Counted from the first letter of the stretch, positions 44,501 to 54,023 are shown. The stretch is 64,000 nt of DNA from Lysobacterales bacterium (GCA_014946745.1 JADCRD010000001.1:1360427-1424426), one strand, 5' to 3'. The notes: generated from the sequence alone by a model not told the origin. A program made the numbers and translations.

Positions 44501-44655
44501 ACGACTTCGGCATGCTGCAGCCGGGGCTCCGTGTCACGGTGAGCATCGGGCTGGCTTCGTATGCCGGGCTGGATCACCACGAGCGTCTGATCCAGCGGGC
44601 GGATGAAGCGCTCTACCGGGCGAAGGCCTCAGGGCGCAACCGCATCGAGAGTTGA
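41548..44655 (+). CDS. sensor diguanylate cyclase: periplasmic two-component-regulator beta-propeller repeats + Y_Y_Y domain, TM, coiled coil, GGDEF domain
   Basis: Repeated Reg_prop-like motifs (GFLWMSTLEGAVRY, GRLWVGTTRGLAWI, GDLWIGTTSHGLLRM, GSLWVGTNGGLFRL...). TM WVRAVLALLTLLAVVAAV. GGDEF domain with the GGEEF motif (RWGGEEFAVLL). The true start may be the internal GTG ~41647 that begins a signal peptide. Confidence 0.8.
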   Translation: MRTLSASTISAAGACGRGFGSGALLDATAVATFVSGILRLQPFARIPVAALAVLLCVLCAGLTQRVAAANHAPPRAALSEYYAERWGGREGLPHNLVSGIVQDRAGFLWMSTLEGAVRYSGREFRVFDAGSLPGLRGNAIRAVAVDAEGRILLATTRDGIARGDAQGWEFLRPNGQTIVDAIISVAPGAAGRVWAGGENSGVFRFDADGTQRQFTTEQGLPSSYVNSLVEDAHGRLWVGTTRGLAWIDGDQVILPAADSGLHAGTVLAVLPLAGGGALIGTDRGVLRSDAGGRFAPLSERLPLDQVTRLLLDGRGDLWIGTTSHGLLRMSAPLGPDAKIERLDTADGLPNSRVSALLEDREGSLWVGTNGGLFRLRLPPVRVLSRRQGLSTPYVRAVAESADGALWAGTSSGLFRIGSEGVRRFGQAEGLPMESVLSLLAEADGGLWIGTAAGGLARWDGERIRVEASRASGLAGDQVRAILRASDGALWVGTTLGLSELRDGAIRNWTVAEGLPRDFVIALHEDARGRIFIGTSNGAAMIESGRLVQLQLGQEPYKDIFDFHESADGSVWMATDLGLLRWREGPSGRVGRSAGVPVDAVFQIVPDAFGGWWLTSNRGLYRIETAAAEAVADGQRQTLPVRHFNESDGMESAQCNGAAGPAALARRDGRLWFGTASGLAIVDPPSVLLALAPPVPTRIKALRVDERSLALGEVVRIPAGSRRIEIDLVGMSLQMPERIQFRYRLRGFDPAWIEVGNRDSVQFTALAPGRYRFEAAARNPGGRWSAPAPLVLEIAPRWWQRTWVRAVLALLTLLAVVAAVQLRLAQLQRAQIRLQRLVEEKTAALAAKAQALAQLAQERGQLADRLQLQAQAFERQASEDYLTGLFNRRAFDALLADSFAAAQRSGEPLCLALIDIDFFKRINDQCSHAAGDAALRDVALLIRERMRGWDIASRWGGEEFAVLLPKAGLEEARRVCEQLRSAIECHDFGMLQPGLRVTVSIGLASYAGLDHHERLIQRADEALYRAKASGRNRIES

Positions 44656-44737
44656 ACCGCTCGATCTGCGAAACAGCGGGGCTCCCGCGTATCATTCGCC
44701 GCTTTCCGGCGCCCCCGCCTGGCCACCCCCCGAGTCC

Positions 44738-47032
44738 ATGAGCACGCCCAGCCACAGCCCCATCCCCGCCCGCATGCGCGGCCTGAATCGCGCCGAGATC
44801 TGCGACCAGAACTTCATCGAATTTGTGCGCGACTGGCGCGGCGGCGTGCAGCCTGCATCCGGCGGCGAGCCGGTGATGCCGGGCAGCGCGCTCAGCGCGG
44901 CGGCCTTCGATGAGCTGCTGAAGTCGCAGCTGATCAGCCGGCATCTGGACCTGATGGCGCGGGTGCTGCGGGTGCAGAACAAGGTGTTCTACACCATCGG
45001 CAGCAGCGGCCACGAAGGCAATGCGATGGTGGCCCGCGCCGCGCGCCACACCGATCCGGCCTTCCTGCACTACCGCAGCGGCGGCTTCATGGCCGAGCGC
45101 TTCCGCAAGCTGCCCGGCACTGATGGGAAACCACGCGATCCGATCATGGATTCGGCGCTGAGTTTTGCCGCCAGCAAGGACGACCCGGCCTCGGGCGGCC
45201 GCCACAAGGTCTGGGGCTCGAAGCCGCTGTGGGTGCTGCCGCAGACCTCGACCATCGCCAGTCACCTGCCCAAGGCCCTGGGCACAGCGATCGCGATTGA
45301 ACAGGCCAAGCGCATCGGCCACGCCCTGCCGATCCCGGACGACAGCATCGCGATCTGTTCCTTTGGCGATGCGTCCAGCAACCATGCCACCGCGCAGACG
45401 GCCTTCAACGCGGCCGCCTGGACGGCGTATCAGGGCCTGCCAGCGCCGGTGCTGTTCGTCTGCGAGGACAACGGCATCGGCATCTCGGTGAAAACGCCGC
45501 GCGACTGGGTGCGCGCGAACTTTGAAGGCCGCCGCGATCTCGACTATTTCTACGCCGACGGCCTCGACCTGGCCCACGGCTGGGCCGACGTGCAGCGCGC
45601 CGTCGAGCACTGCCGGCGCACGCGCCGCCCGACCTTCCTGCACCTGCGCACCACCCGCATCATGGGCCACGCCGGCACCGACTTCGAGATCGAGTGGCGC
45701 TCGATCGAAGAGCTGGTGCAGGTCGAAGCCACCGACCCGCTGCTGAAGTCGGCCGACATCGCGCTGCGCTCGGGCCTGTACACCGCCGACAGCCTGCTGG
45801 CGCTGTACGAGGACACGCGCAAGCGCTGCTTCGCTGCCGCCGAAGACGCCGACCGGCGCCCGCGCCTGTCGACGCTCGAGGACGTCATGGCGCCGCTGGC
45901 GCCCTACACGCCGGACAAGGTGCTGGCCGAAGCTGCGCGTGCCGACTACACCGACGCGCGTCTCAAGGTGTTCGGCGGCGAAGACAAGCTGCCCGAGAAG
46001 CAGGCGCCCAAGCATCTGGCCATCCAGATCAACCAGGCCCTGCACGACCTGCTGGCCAAGTACCCGGAGAGCCTGCTGTTCGGCGAAGACGTCGCGCTGA
46101 AGGGCGGCGTCTACACGGTGACCAAGGGCTTGTTCAAGACCTTCTCGGGCAAGCGCGTGTTCAACACCCTGCTCGACGAGACCATGATCCTTGGCCTCGC
46201 CCAGGGCTACGCCAACATGGGCATGCTGCCGATCCCGGAGATCCAGTACCTGGCCTACTTCCACAACGCCTGCGACCAGATCCGCGGCGAGGCGGCCAGC
46301 CTGCAGTTCTTCTCGAACGGCCAGTATCGCAACCCGATGGTGATGCGCATCGCCTCGCTCGGCTATCAGCGCGGCTTCGGCGGCCACTTCCACAACGACA
46401 ACTCGATCACCGCCCTGCGCGACATCCCGGGCCTCGTGGTGGCCTGCCCCTCGCGCGGCGACGATGCGGCGATGATGCTGCGCACCCTGATGGCGCTGGC
46501 CAAGGTCGACGGCCGGGTCTGCGCCTTCCTGGAGCCGATCGCGCTGTACATGGCCAAGGACCTGCACGCCCCCGGCGACGGCGGCTGGCTCACCCAGTAC
46601 CCCGCGCCCGATCAGGCGATCCCGCTGGGCGAGGGCAGGGTGTATGCGCCCGAGGACGGCAGCACCGGCGATGACCTCGTCGTGTTCACCTTCGGCAACG
46701 CCGTGCCCATGTGCCTGCGCGCCCAGCGCGCGTGGGAGGAGCAGCTCGGCTGGAGCACCCGAGTCGTCGACCTGCGCTGGCTGCAGCCGCTCAACGAAGG
46801 TTTCATCGCCGAACAGGCGAAGTCGGCCAAGCGCATCCTCGTGGTGGATGAAGGCCGACGCTCGGCTGGCGTGGGCGAGGGCATCATCACCGCCATCGTC
46901 GAAGCCGGCTTCGGCGCCACGCCGCTGAAGCGCGTGGTCGGCGCCGACACCTTCACCCCGCTCGCCGGCGCGGCCTTCCTCGTGCTGCCCGGCGATGAGG
47001 AAATCATCGCAGCCGGTGGCGCGCTCGGCTGA
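44738..47032 (+). CDS. TPP-dependent 2-oxoacid dehydrogenase E1 component, fused alpha/beta subunits (transketolase-like)
   Basis: 764 aa. N-terminal E1-alpha TPP-binding region (ICSFGDASSNHATAQTAFNAAAW...VLFVCEDNGIGISV). C-terminal E1-beta/transketolase-like pyrimidine-binding and C-terminal domains (LLFGEDVALKGGVYTVTKGL...). Start at ATG 44738. Confidence 0.8.
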   Translation: MSTPSHSPIPARMRGLNRAEICDQNFIEFVRDWRGGVQPASGGEPVMPGSALSAAAFDELLKSQLISRHLDLMARVLRVQNKVFYTIGSSGHEGNAMVARAARHTDPAFLHYRSGGFMAERFRKLPGTDGKPRDPIMDSALSFAASKDDPASGGRHKVWGSKPLWVLPQTSTIASHLPKALGTAIAIEQAKRIGHALPIPDDSIAICSFGDASSNHATAQTAFNAAAWTAYQGLPAPVLFVCEDNGIGISVKTPRDWVRANFEGRRDLDYFYADGLDLAHGWADVQRAVEHCRRTRRPTFLHLRTTRIMGHAGTDFEIEWRSIEELVQVEATDPLLKSADIALRSGLYTADSLLALYEDTRKRCFAAAEDADRRPRLSTLEDVMAPLAPYTPDKVLAEAARADYTDARLKVFGGEDKLPEKQAPKHLAIQINQALHDLLAKYPESLLFGEDVALKGGVYTVTKGLFKTFSGKRVFNTLLDETMILGLAQGYANMGMLPIPEIQYLAYFHNACDQIRGEAASLQFFSNGQYRNPMVMRIASLGYQRGFGGHFHNDNSITALRDIPGLVVACPSRGDDAAMMLRTLMALAKVDGRVCAFLEPIALYMAKDLHAPGDGGWLTQYPAPDQAIPLGEGRVYAPEDGSTGDDLVVFTFGNAVPMCLRAQRAWEEQLGWSTRVVDLRWLQPLNEGFIAEQAKSAKRILVVDEGRRSAGVGEGIITAIVEAGFGATPLKRVVGADTFTPLAGAAFLVLPGDEEIIAAGGALG

Positions 47033-47201
47033 GGCCGAGAAAGGAGCCCATAGGGTGGGTCTTGACCCACCGAAGCTCCACGCTCGTCTCGGTCCACGCC
47101 TGCATTCCGCCAATCGGCGGCCAAGCGAAGCCACCCCCAAGCGGAGGCGAACACGCGTCGCGCTCGCAGGATCGCTCAGCGACGCGCCGGCACGCGGAAC
47201 C

Positions 47202-47720
47202 TTAGCGGGGATCCACAGCGTCCTGCAGCCAGGCCCGTGCGCGTACCCAATCGCGCTGCACGGTGCGCACGTCCACGCCGAGCTGGGCGGCGACGCCGGC
47301 ACTGTCCAGCCCGGCGAACACCCGCAGCTCGATGACCTGGGCCAGCCGCGGATCGTGGGCGTCGAGCGCGCGCAAGGCTTGCTCCAGCGCGAGCAGGGCA
47401 TCGGGATCGGCGCGTTCTGCGCAGTCAAGCTCGTCGATGTCGAGCTTGTGGCCGCTGCGCTTGGCGGTGGCGCGGGCGCGGCAGTAGTCGATCAGCACGT
47501 GGCGCATCGTTCGCGTCCACAGCGACAGCAGGTGCGAATCATCGCGAACGTCCAGACGGCCCGCGACAGCGAAACGCAGATAGGCTTCGTGCACCAGCAC
47601 CGTGGCCGACAGGGTGGCAGGCGAGGGCGTCTGACCGAGCTGGCGACCGGCGATCCGCTTCAGGCGACTGTAGAGATCGGACAGCGGCTCAGCAAAAGCT
47701 GCGGCGGGGGTGATGGACAT
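47202..47720 (-). CDS. ECF-type RNA polymerase sigma factor (STK-associated subfamily)
   Basis: 172 aa. LSDLYSRLKRIAGRQLG...TLSATVLVHEAYLRF (region 2) and C-terminal region-4 HTH (AGLDSAGVAAQLGVDVRTVQRDWVRARAWL). Paralogous to the sigma factor at 51949-52512. Confidence 0.8.
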   Translation of the reverse strand: MSITPAAAFAEPLSDLYSRLKRIAGRQLGQTPSPATLSATVLVHEAYLRFAVAGRLDVRDDSHLLSLWTRTMRHVLIDYCRARATAKRSGHKLDIDELDCAERADPDALLALEQALRALDAHDPRLAQVIELRVFAGLDSAGVAAQLGVDVRTVQRDWVRARAWLQDAVDPR

Positions 47721-48147
47721 GGCGAACTCCAGGACTGAAAGGCAGAGGCAACAGCCGGCCTCCGACTTGTAAGTCGTCATCGCGAGCCGATGCCCGCCAC
47801 CGCCGAAGCTCACAAGCCACTGCGCGTCCATAGAGCCGATCTGGTTCGGTTGAAGCCTTGGGGCGGGCGAGACCTGAAGAGCAGCGAAGCAAGCTCCGCT
47901 GTACAGGAAGCGAAGCCTCGGCAGAAAACTTCGCGCCTGCTTGCCCGAAAGCTTGCCGAATCGACACCCAGCCATTGCAGGTCTCGCTCACCCCGGAACG
48001 CAGGGCAGATGGAAATGTGCGGATGCATGGCGGGTTTCGCCGCGGGGCGGCGACTCTATGCATCAGGGCGCCCGGACAGACTCGGGCACCCCATCGATTG
48101 GCGCAAGCCTGCGGGGTTCGCCCCTTCCCATGTAGACGGAGACACTC

Positions 48148-49128
48148 ATGACTGCAATCGCCCAACCCCGCCGCGCCCTTGCGCTCGCCCTGGTCACCGC
48201 GCTTGGCGCCTCTGCCCCGGCCGACCCGGCAGCTGCCCAAGCCGCGGTGACGAGCTTTCAGGTGATAAGGCTGAACTACGCGCCCGCCCAGCCCACCCCC
48301 GGCCTGGACTTGCGCCCGGGAAGCTATTTGCTGCAGCTGCAGGGCTCGTCGACAGGAGGCTACGAGGGCCAGCTGCGAGGGCCCCGCAACGAGATCATCG
48401 CGGAGCGCATTGTTCTTCGCGCCAGCAGTGGCTGCCCTGCAGGGGCGCCAAGCAGTGCTGTGCTCCGAACCCGCAGCCTGCCCGGTCAGCCCGACTTGAA
48501 CGTACTCGGAATCGAGATTGGCAATACAGCGGGTGGCTGCCCGCTGCGTGGGACCTTACCCACTATGGGCTTGACGAAGGCCGAGAAGCCGGACGTGGCG
48601 ACCTCGGATGAGTGCGACGAGCCGGTGGTTGGCGGAGTGTCGAGCACTACAGCCCCAGAACGTGATGACTCAACCCAGTCCTGCAATATCGAGGACTGGG
48701 ATCCGCCGATCGCAGTTCCGCGACCTGATTTGAAGCCCGGGCATCGAGTCAGCCTTGCGGGGCGTGATTTCCTTTGGGTTGAGCGCGCCCGGCTGCAGGC
48801 CAGTGAGGCAATCGGGTTCCGCGATGGCCGCTGCCTATTCAACTACGCCTATACGGTCGAGAACGTGGGACCCGCTCGCTCCGGCGAAACCGAGGGCAGC
48901 ATGCTGTTGCAGCAGCGCTATGGTCTGCAGCTTGATGCGAGCGTCGTGGCAAGCCTTCCCCCCGGTGGAACTCAACGGATCCAGGGCCAATTGGCTCTGC
49001 CGCCAGGCATCTGGCAAATCTTCGCCCACGTGGACAGCAGCGCTCAGGTTGTCGAGTGGAACGGACGGAACAATGCTCGATCACTGATCGTCGAGATAGC
49101 GGGGACGTGCGCAAGCTCGACTCAGTGA
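48148..49128 (+). CDS. secreted hypothetical protein with C-terminal CARDB-like beta-sandwich domain
   Basis: Signal peptide (ALALALVTALGASAPA). Cys-containing middle region. C-terminal FNYAYTVENVGPARSGETEGSML...VEWNGRNNARSLIVEI resembles CARDB. Confidence 0.5.
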   Translation: MTAIAQPRRALALALVTALGASAPADPAAAQAAVTSFQVIRLNYAPAQPTPGLDLRPGSYLLQLQGSSTGGYEGQLRGPRNEIIAERIVLRASSGCPAGAPSSAVLRTRSLPGQPDLNVLGIEIGNTAGGCPLRGTLPTMGLTKAEKPDVATSDECDEPVVGGVSSTTAPERDDSTQSCNIEDWDPPIAVPRPDLKPGHRVSLAGRDFLWVERARLQASEAIGFRDGRCLFNYAYTVENVGPARSGETEGSMLLQQRYGLQLDASVVASLPPGGTQRIQGQLALPPGIWQIFAHVDSSAQVVEWNGRNNARSLIVEIAGTCASSTQ

Positions 49129-49180
49129 GCGGACGAACCTGGCCGCAACCTCCTCGGGTTCGATGGAGGGCGAGGGCGCG

Positions 49181-51952
49181 TCAATCCGTGCGAGGTCCGC
49201 GAAGGCGCAGGATCTCGGTGCGCGTGGGCTCCAACCAGTGAGGTGGCGCCCTGCAAAGCTTCTCGCACATCGCGACGGCAGTCTCCAGCTCGATGAGTGC
49301 TTCGTTCGTACGCCCAGTCGAGGCCAACGCGCTTCCCCGCACTCGATGAGCGTTGGCAAGCTCTGCGCTTTCGGGCAGTTCTCGGGCAAACAGCGCTATG
49401 GACTCGGACGCAGCGGCTTCTGCGAGGTCTGAGCGTCCTGCCTGATGGAGTGCTTCGGCGCGCCAATACTTGAGCACCGCACGCTGAATTGTGTCGGTCC
49501 TTCCAACGGTGGCCAGGGCTTGGTCGAACTCGGCCAGGGCTTCCGCTGGACGGCCAAGCCTGAGCAGGGTCCTTCCAAGATTCTGGCGGAGCGCGTCTAC
49601 CCATGACGCATGTGTTTCTGGAAGTGCAACCAAAGCCTCCCGATAGGCGTCTTCCGCTTCCTCGATACGCTGCTGGTGCTCCAGGCTGAACCCCAAAGCG
49701 TTCAGGGCGAGTGCGACTCTTGCGTGCTTGTTCCCAAAGCTTCGCCTGTGTATCTCCAGGGCTTTTCTGTGCGCGAGCTCGGCCTCCGGGTGTCTCCCCA
49801 GTTCCGCAAGAATTCCGCCGTAGTTTCCAACCACGACGCCAACGGTGGGATGGAATGGTCCGCGGCTCTCCTGCAGTGCGGCTATGGCCTCCAGATAAAG
49901 CGGGATTGCCTGCGCAGGCTTTCCCTCGTCGCGCAAGACCATCGCCAGATAGGCCTTGGTATCGGCAAGTCGCGGGTGGGCTGCCGGAAGCCGTGGCGTC
50001 ATCAGCGCTATCGACTCGCGCAGCATGGCCTCAATGCCTTCGGAGTTGCCCAACCGACGCTCGATCATGGTCGCTTGGCTCAGGCTGCGGGCAACGTCCA
50101 GTTCGCCGCCAGGGCCCGCGCTGCGACGCAAGGACAAGGCTTCATGGCTGACCGCAAGGGCGTCTCTCATTCGCCCGCTGCGTCGCAACACGTTGGCCAA
50201 ATGAAACAGAGTCTCCGCCACCTGCAGTGGTTCGTCCGGCCGCGCTGCCCTGAACAACCCCAGGGCCCGCTGCAGCAGAGCCTCCGGCTCTTCAAGTTCA
50301 TTGCCCTGGCCAAGCAAACGCCCTCGGCTGCGATACACCTGCGCTGCCAGCAGGGGCTGCTCGGCCTCCAAAGCCTCAGCCAGTGTCTGCGCCTGCCCCA
50401 GCAGTTCGTCCGCACGCGGGTAGTTGCCCAGCGCCTGATAGACATCCCCCACGGTCAGCAGCAGTTCGGTCTCCACCTCTGGGTATGCGTCCAACTCGCT
50501 TTCGATCTGACTGAAGCTGCGGTCGAGCAAGGCTTCTACGCTCAGGGGTTCGCCGCCGCTGACATCGGGGTCGATGCCTTCGAACAGGCGCTGCATCAGG
50601 CTCTGCACTTGGCGAGCCTTGGCAGCCTCGGCCTGCGCGCGGTCGCGCTCACGCTCCAGCGCCTGCGCCTGCAGGTTCAGGGTCACCAGATAGACGCTGA
50701 GCAAGGCCAAGGTCAGCGTAGCGAAAGCGAGACCCACCGGATGCCGGCGCACGAAGCGCCCCATCCGGTAGCGCCAGGTGTCCGGGCGCGCGTGCAGGGT
50801 TCGGCCCTGGCGCGAGCGGATCAGGTCGTCGATCAGTTCGTCGACGGTGCCGTAGCGGCGATCGGGCAGTTTCTGCAGTGCTTTGCCGACGATGGTGTCG
50901 AGATCGCCCCGCAGTCGGCGGCGCAGCTGATGCGGCTGCAGATGACGACGCAGGGCGAGCTCGGTGTCGCCGCTGCCGATGCGCTGGCTGGGGCGGGTCG
51001 GGTCCTGCTCGCAGACGACACGTTCGATCGAGGCGGGCCCGGTGTGGCCGACACGCTGGGCGCGGTGGCCGCAGAGCAGTTCGTACAGCAGCAGACCGAG
51101 CTGATAGACGTCGCTCGCGGTGGTGACGGGCTGTCCGCGCACCTGCTCCGGTGAGGCGTAGTCCGGGGTGAACATGCGCTGCTCGATGCGCGTGGCGAGT
51201 GGGTCTTCGCCTGCGCCCTCGCCCAGCACCTTGGCGATGCCAAAATCGAGCAGCTTCACCCGGCCATCGGCTCGCACGAGGATGTTGGAGGGCTTGAGGT
51301 CGCGATGGATGACCAGGCTGCGGTGCGCGTGCGCGACCGCACGGCAGACCTCGATGAACAATTCGATGCGTGCGTCGAGGCCGAGCTGCAGCGAATCGCA
51401 GTAGTGGTCGATGGGCACGCCATCGACGTATTCCATCACCAGGTACGGGTGCCCCTGCGCATCGCGACCGCCGTCCAGCAGGCCGGCGATGCTTGGATGG
51501 TTGAGGCGCGCCAGGATCTGCCGCTCCTGCAGGAAGCGTCGCGCGAACTCGCCGATCGCAAAACCCGAGCGGATCAGTTTCAGCGCGCCGAGCTGCTCAA
51601 AGCCGGCATCGATGCGCTCGACCTTCAGCACCTCGCCCATCCCGCCCTGACCAATCCGTTCGAGAACTCGCCAGCCGCCGATCTGTTCGGGCAGCTCGGC
51701 CTCGTCGAAGCCAAGGCGGGTCGACAGTCCCGGGTCGCTGCTCTGCGCTGCCGCATCGATGAGCCGCGCCGCGGCCGCGGCATCCAGGGCGAAGGGATCG
51801 GTGTCGGACTCGCACAGCGCCAGCATCTCCTCGACATCGGCACGCAGCGAGGCGTCTTCGATGGCGGCCAGAAAGGCGGGGCGCGCGTCGTCCTCCAGAT
51901 CCAGAACCTGCATCAGCAGGCGATCGATCTCGATGCGGCGGTCGAGGCTCAC
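49181..51952 (-). CDS. Ser/Thr protein kinase with TM segment and extensive C-terminal TPR repeats; gene overlaps the upstream ECF sigma factor gene
   Basis: Kinase motifs GQGGMGEV, ALKLI, HRDLKPSNILV, DFGIAK, SPEQ. TM (VGLAFATLTLALLSVYLVTL). ~480 aa of TPR-like repeats. Start overlaps the stop of the sigma gene. Confidence 0.85.
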   Translation of the reverse strand: MSLDRRIEIDRLLMQVLDLEDDARPAFLAAIEDASLRADVEEMLALCESDTDPFALDAAAAARLIDAAAQSSDPGLSTRLGFDEAELPEQIGGWRVLERIGQGGMGEVLKVERIDAGFEQLGALKLIRSGFAIGEFARRFLQERQILARLNHPSIAGLLDGGRDAQGHPYLVMEYVDGVPIDHYCDSLQLGLDARIELFIEVCRAVAHAHRSLVIHRDLKPSNILVRADGRVKLLDFGIAKVLGEGAGEDPLATRIEQRMFTPDYASPEQVRGQPVTTASDVYQLGLLLYELLCGHRAQRVGHTGPASIERVVCEQDPTRPSQRIGSGDTELALRRHLQPHQLRRRLRGDLDTIVGKALQKLPDRRYGTVDELIDDLIRSRQGRTLHARPDTWRYRMGRFVRRHPVGLAFATLTLALLSVYLVTLNLQAQALERERDRAQAEAAKARQVQSLMQRLFEGIDPDVSGGEPLSVEALLDRSFSQIESELDAYPEVETELLLTVGDVYQALGNYPRADELLGQAQTLAEALEAEQPLLAAQVYRSRGRLLGQGNELEEPEALLQRALGLFRAARPDEPLQVAETLFHLANVLRRSGRMRDALAVSHEALSLRRSAGPGGELDVARSLSQATMIERRLGNSEGIEAMLRESIALMTPRLPAAHPRLADTKAYLAMVLRDEGKPAQAIPLYLEAIAALQESRGPFHPTVGVVVGNYGGILAELGRHPEAELAHRKALEIHRRSFGNKHARVALALNALGFSLEHQQRIEEAEDAYREALVALPETHASWVDALRQNLGRTLLRLGRPAEALAEFDQALATVGRTDTIQRAVLKYWRAEALHQAGRSDLAEAAASESIALFARELPESAELANAHRVRGSALASTGRTNEALIELETAVAMCEKLCRAPPHWLEPTRTEILRLRGPRTD

Positions 51953-52512
51953 GGCTCGCCCTGGAAGGCCTTGAGCAGCCAGGCGCGGGCGCGCAGCCAG
52001 TCGCGCTGCACGGTGCGCAGGGAGGTGTCGAGCGCAGCCGCGGTTTCCTCCTCGCTAAGTCCTCCGAAGTAGCGGCACTCGACCACCTGGGCCAAGCGTT
52101 CGTTGAACTGGCGCAGCTGCTCCAGCGCGAGGTCGACGGCAAGGATGTCCTCGGCCTGCTCGTCGATGGCGACCAGGTCGGGCGTCAGGGTGAGATCAGG
52201 CTGGCCGCCCCCGCGCTTATCGCGACCGCGCGCGCGCGCGGCATCGACCAGGATGCGCCGCATCGCGCGGGCGCAGATCGCGAAGAAGTGGGTGCGGCTC
52301 TGCCAGTCCACGCCGGTCTCGTCGACCAGCTGCAGCCAGGCCTCCTGCAGCAGGGCGGTGGTTGAGAGCGTCTCGCCGCCGAGGCCGTCGCGCCGCCGCT
52401 GGCGCCTGGCGATCTCGTGCAGGCGCGCATAGACCATCGGCACCAGCGCGTCGAAGGCGGCGCGCTCGCCGGCGCGGTGCCGCTGCAGGAGTTGAGTGAT
52501 CTCGGCATCCAT
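51949..52512 (-). CDS. ECF-type RNA polymerase sigma factor (STK-associated subfamily) co-transcribed with the kinase-TPR gene
   Basis: 187 aa. AFDALVPMVYARLHEIARRQ...TTALLQEAWLQL and C-terminal HTH (GGLSEEETAAALDTSLRTVQRDWLRARAWL). Confidence 0.85.
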   Translation of the reverse strand: MDAEITQLLQRHRAGERAAFDALVPMVYARLHEIARRQRRRDGLGGETLSTTALLQEAWLQLVDETGVDWQSRTHFFAICARAMRRILVDAARARGRDKRGGGQPDLTLTPDLVAIDEQAEDILAVDLALEQLRQFNERLAQVVECRYFGGLSEEETAAALDTSLRTVQRDWLRARAWLLKAFQGEP

Positions 52513-52727
52513 GGGCGGTCGCGGCTTTGTGCGGTGGCTGAATCATACGGCCGGCGCGGCCGCGCTGCGGAATGTCGCGGTGCCGCAAGGCCGCGCCGTC
52601 CGCCCGTCCTCGCGCTTGCCGCTGGCTGTCGTTTCCCTCGCGGCGCCACGTGTACAGGCCTGACGACGCGCGGAGCCTGTCTGCCCGCCGGGACGTCAGA
52701 CGCCCTAGATGCTTGAGGAGTTCCGCC

Positions 52728-54023
52728 ATGAACACGATCCATCTGATTCGCAGCGGCCTGCTGCTGGGCCTGGGCCTTGCCGCCAGCGCCACTCCCGCCC
52801 AGGTCGAATACCGCAGCCTCGACCTGCAGGCCGCTTTTGGCAGCGAGCTGGTGCCGGCCAAGTCCAGCGTCGAGGTGCGCTGGGAACACCTCGGCAAGGC
52901 CCGCTTCGGGGACATCGATACGGCCGGCGCGCCGTCACCGCTGCCGGAGCCCCGTAGCGACGAAGTAGAGGACCGCCTCAAGTCGATGGCAGATGAACTG
53001 GACGCGCGGCACTGGGTGGCGGTCAACGTTCGTACCGGCGACGAGTACCTGGTCGAGCTGCCGCTCGGCACGGCGCGCGGCCTGCGCATGCTGGCGGCCA
53101 AAGCTGGCTGGGAGCAGGGCTACGAAGGCCCTGCCAACGACCCGACCGGCGCCCGCGCCGAGGCGCAGATGCCGCTGCTGGGCGACGCCAAAGGCTGGAG
53201 CAATGGCCACGACAGCCGCACCCGTCGCTTCGACAACACCAGCTATCCCTATCGCGCCATGGGTCAGATCGGTGGCGGCCTCGACTGGGGCTGCTCGGGC
53301 ACCCTGGTCGGGCGTCGCCATGTGCTGACCGCCGCCCACTGCCTGTTTGGCTGGATCGAGCAGGACGACGGCAGCTTCGAGGGCACCTGGACCCTGGGCG
53401 GGCGCTTCCGCGCGGGCCGAGAGGGCAGCTGCAACAACGCCAGCTGCGAGCCCTACGGCGAACAACAGGGGGTGTGGTACTACACGCCGGCCGCCTGGCG
53501 CGCCAGCCGCGATGCCTGGAACCACGACTACGGCCTGATCGTGCTGGACGGCACGCCGGGCAGCCAGACCGGCTGGCTGGGCTACGTTGCAACCGCTCAA
53601 GCCACGATCGAGGACTACTGCGACAAGGTGCCCTTTGGCCCAGGCTACCTCGGTGGCCAGTGCTACAACCGTGGCTACCCGGCCTGCGGCGAGATCGAGG
53701 CCCCGTTCGAGTGTCGCGTCAACAACAGCCTGCAGGGTTGGGCCTACCAGGACACCAAACCCTGCGAGATCGGCAGCTTTGGCAGCAACGGTGCGGACGG
53801 CTGGGCGGCGCGCTTTACCACCAACTGCGACCTGAGCCGAGGCCACTCCGGGTCGGCGGTGTTCACCGACGCTTGGAACGGCTCGGGTCATGTCGTGTTT
53901 GGCGTGGTCAGCACGCAGAGCTGCACGACCTGCAGTGCTGGCGAGGTCTACGTCAACGGCATCCGCCGCGTGACCCCGGAAGTGCTCGACATGATCGCGT
54001 ACTTCAAGGCTGACAAACCGTAA
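52728..54023 (+). CDS. secreted trypsin-like (S1 family) serine protease
   Basis: Signal peptide. Catalytic His context TLVGRRHVLTAAHC. Ser context SRGHSGSAVF. Many Cys residues. GAGGAG SD upstream. Start at ATG 52728. Confidence 0.8.
   Translation: MNTIHLIRSGLLLGLGLAASATPAQVEYRSLDLQAAFGSELVPAKSSVEVRWEHLGKARFGDIDTAGAPSPLPEPRSDEVEDRLKSMADELDARHWVAVNVRTGDEYLVELPLGTARGLRMLAAKAGWEQGYEGPANDPTGARAEAQMPLLGDAKGWSNGHDSRTRRFDNTSYPYRAMGQIGGGLDWGCSGTLVGRRHVLTAAHCLFGWIEQDDGSFEGTWTLGGRFRAGREGSCNNASCEPYGEQQGVWYYTPAAWRASRDAWNHDYGLIVLDGTPGSQTGWLGYVATAQATIEDYCDKVPFGPGYLGGQCYNRGYPACGEIEAPFECRVNNSLQGWAYQDTKPCEIGSFGSNGADGWAARFTTNCDLSRGHSGSAVFTDAWNGSGHVVFGVVSTQSCTTCSAGEVYVNGIRRVTPEVLDMIAYFKADKP

Noticed and set aside
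44534-47428. 964-aa minus-strand ORF antisense to the TPP E1 gene; similar antisense ORFs occur at 39506-41380 (opposite metE), 58323-60587 (opposite pnp), 24577-26247 (plus-strand, opposite metH), 4990-6330 and 6385-7815 (opposite bamB/der), 1242-2804 (opposite rlmN) and 9900-10883 (opposite folD)
   Set aside because: All overlap strongly supported conserved genes on the opposite strand and have low-complexity R/A/G/L-rich translations. They are treated as artefacts of ~70% GC.
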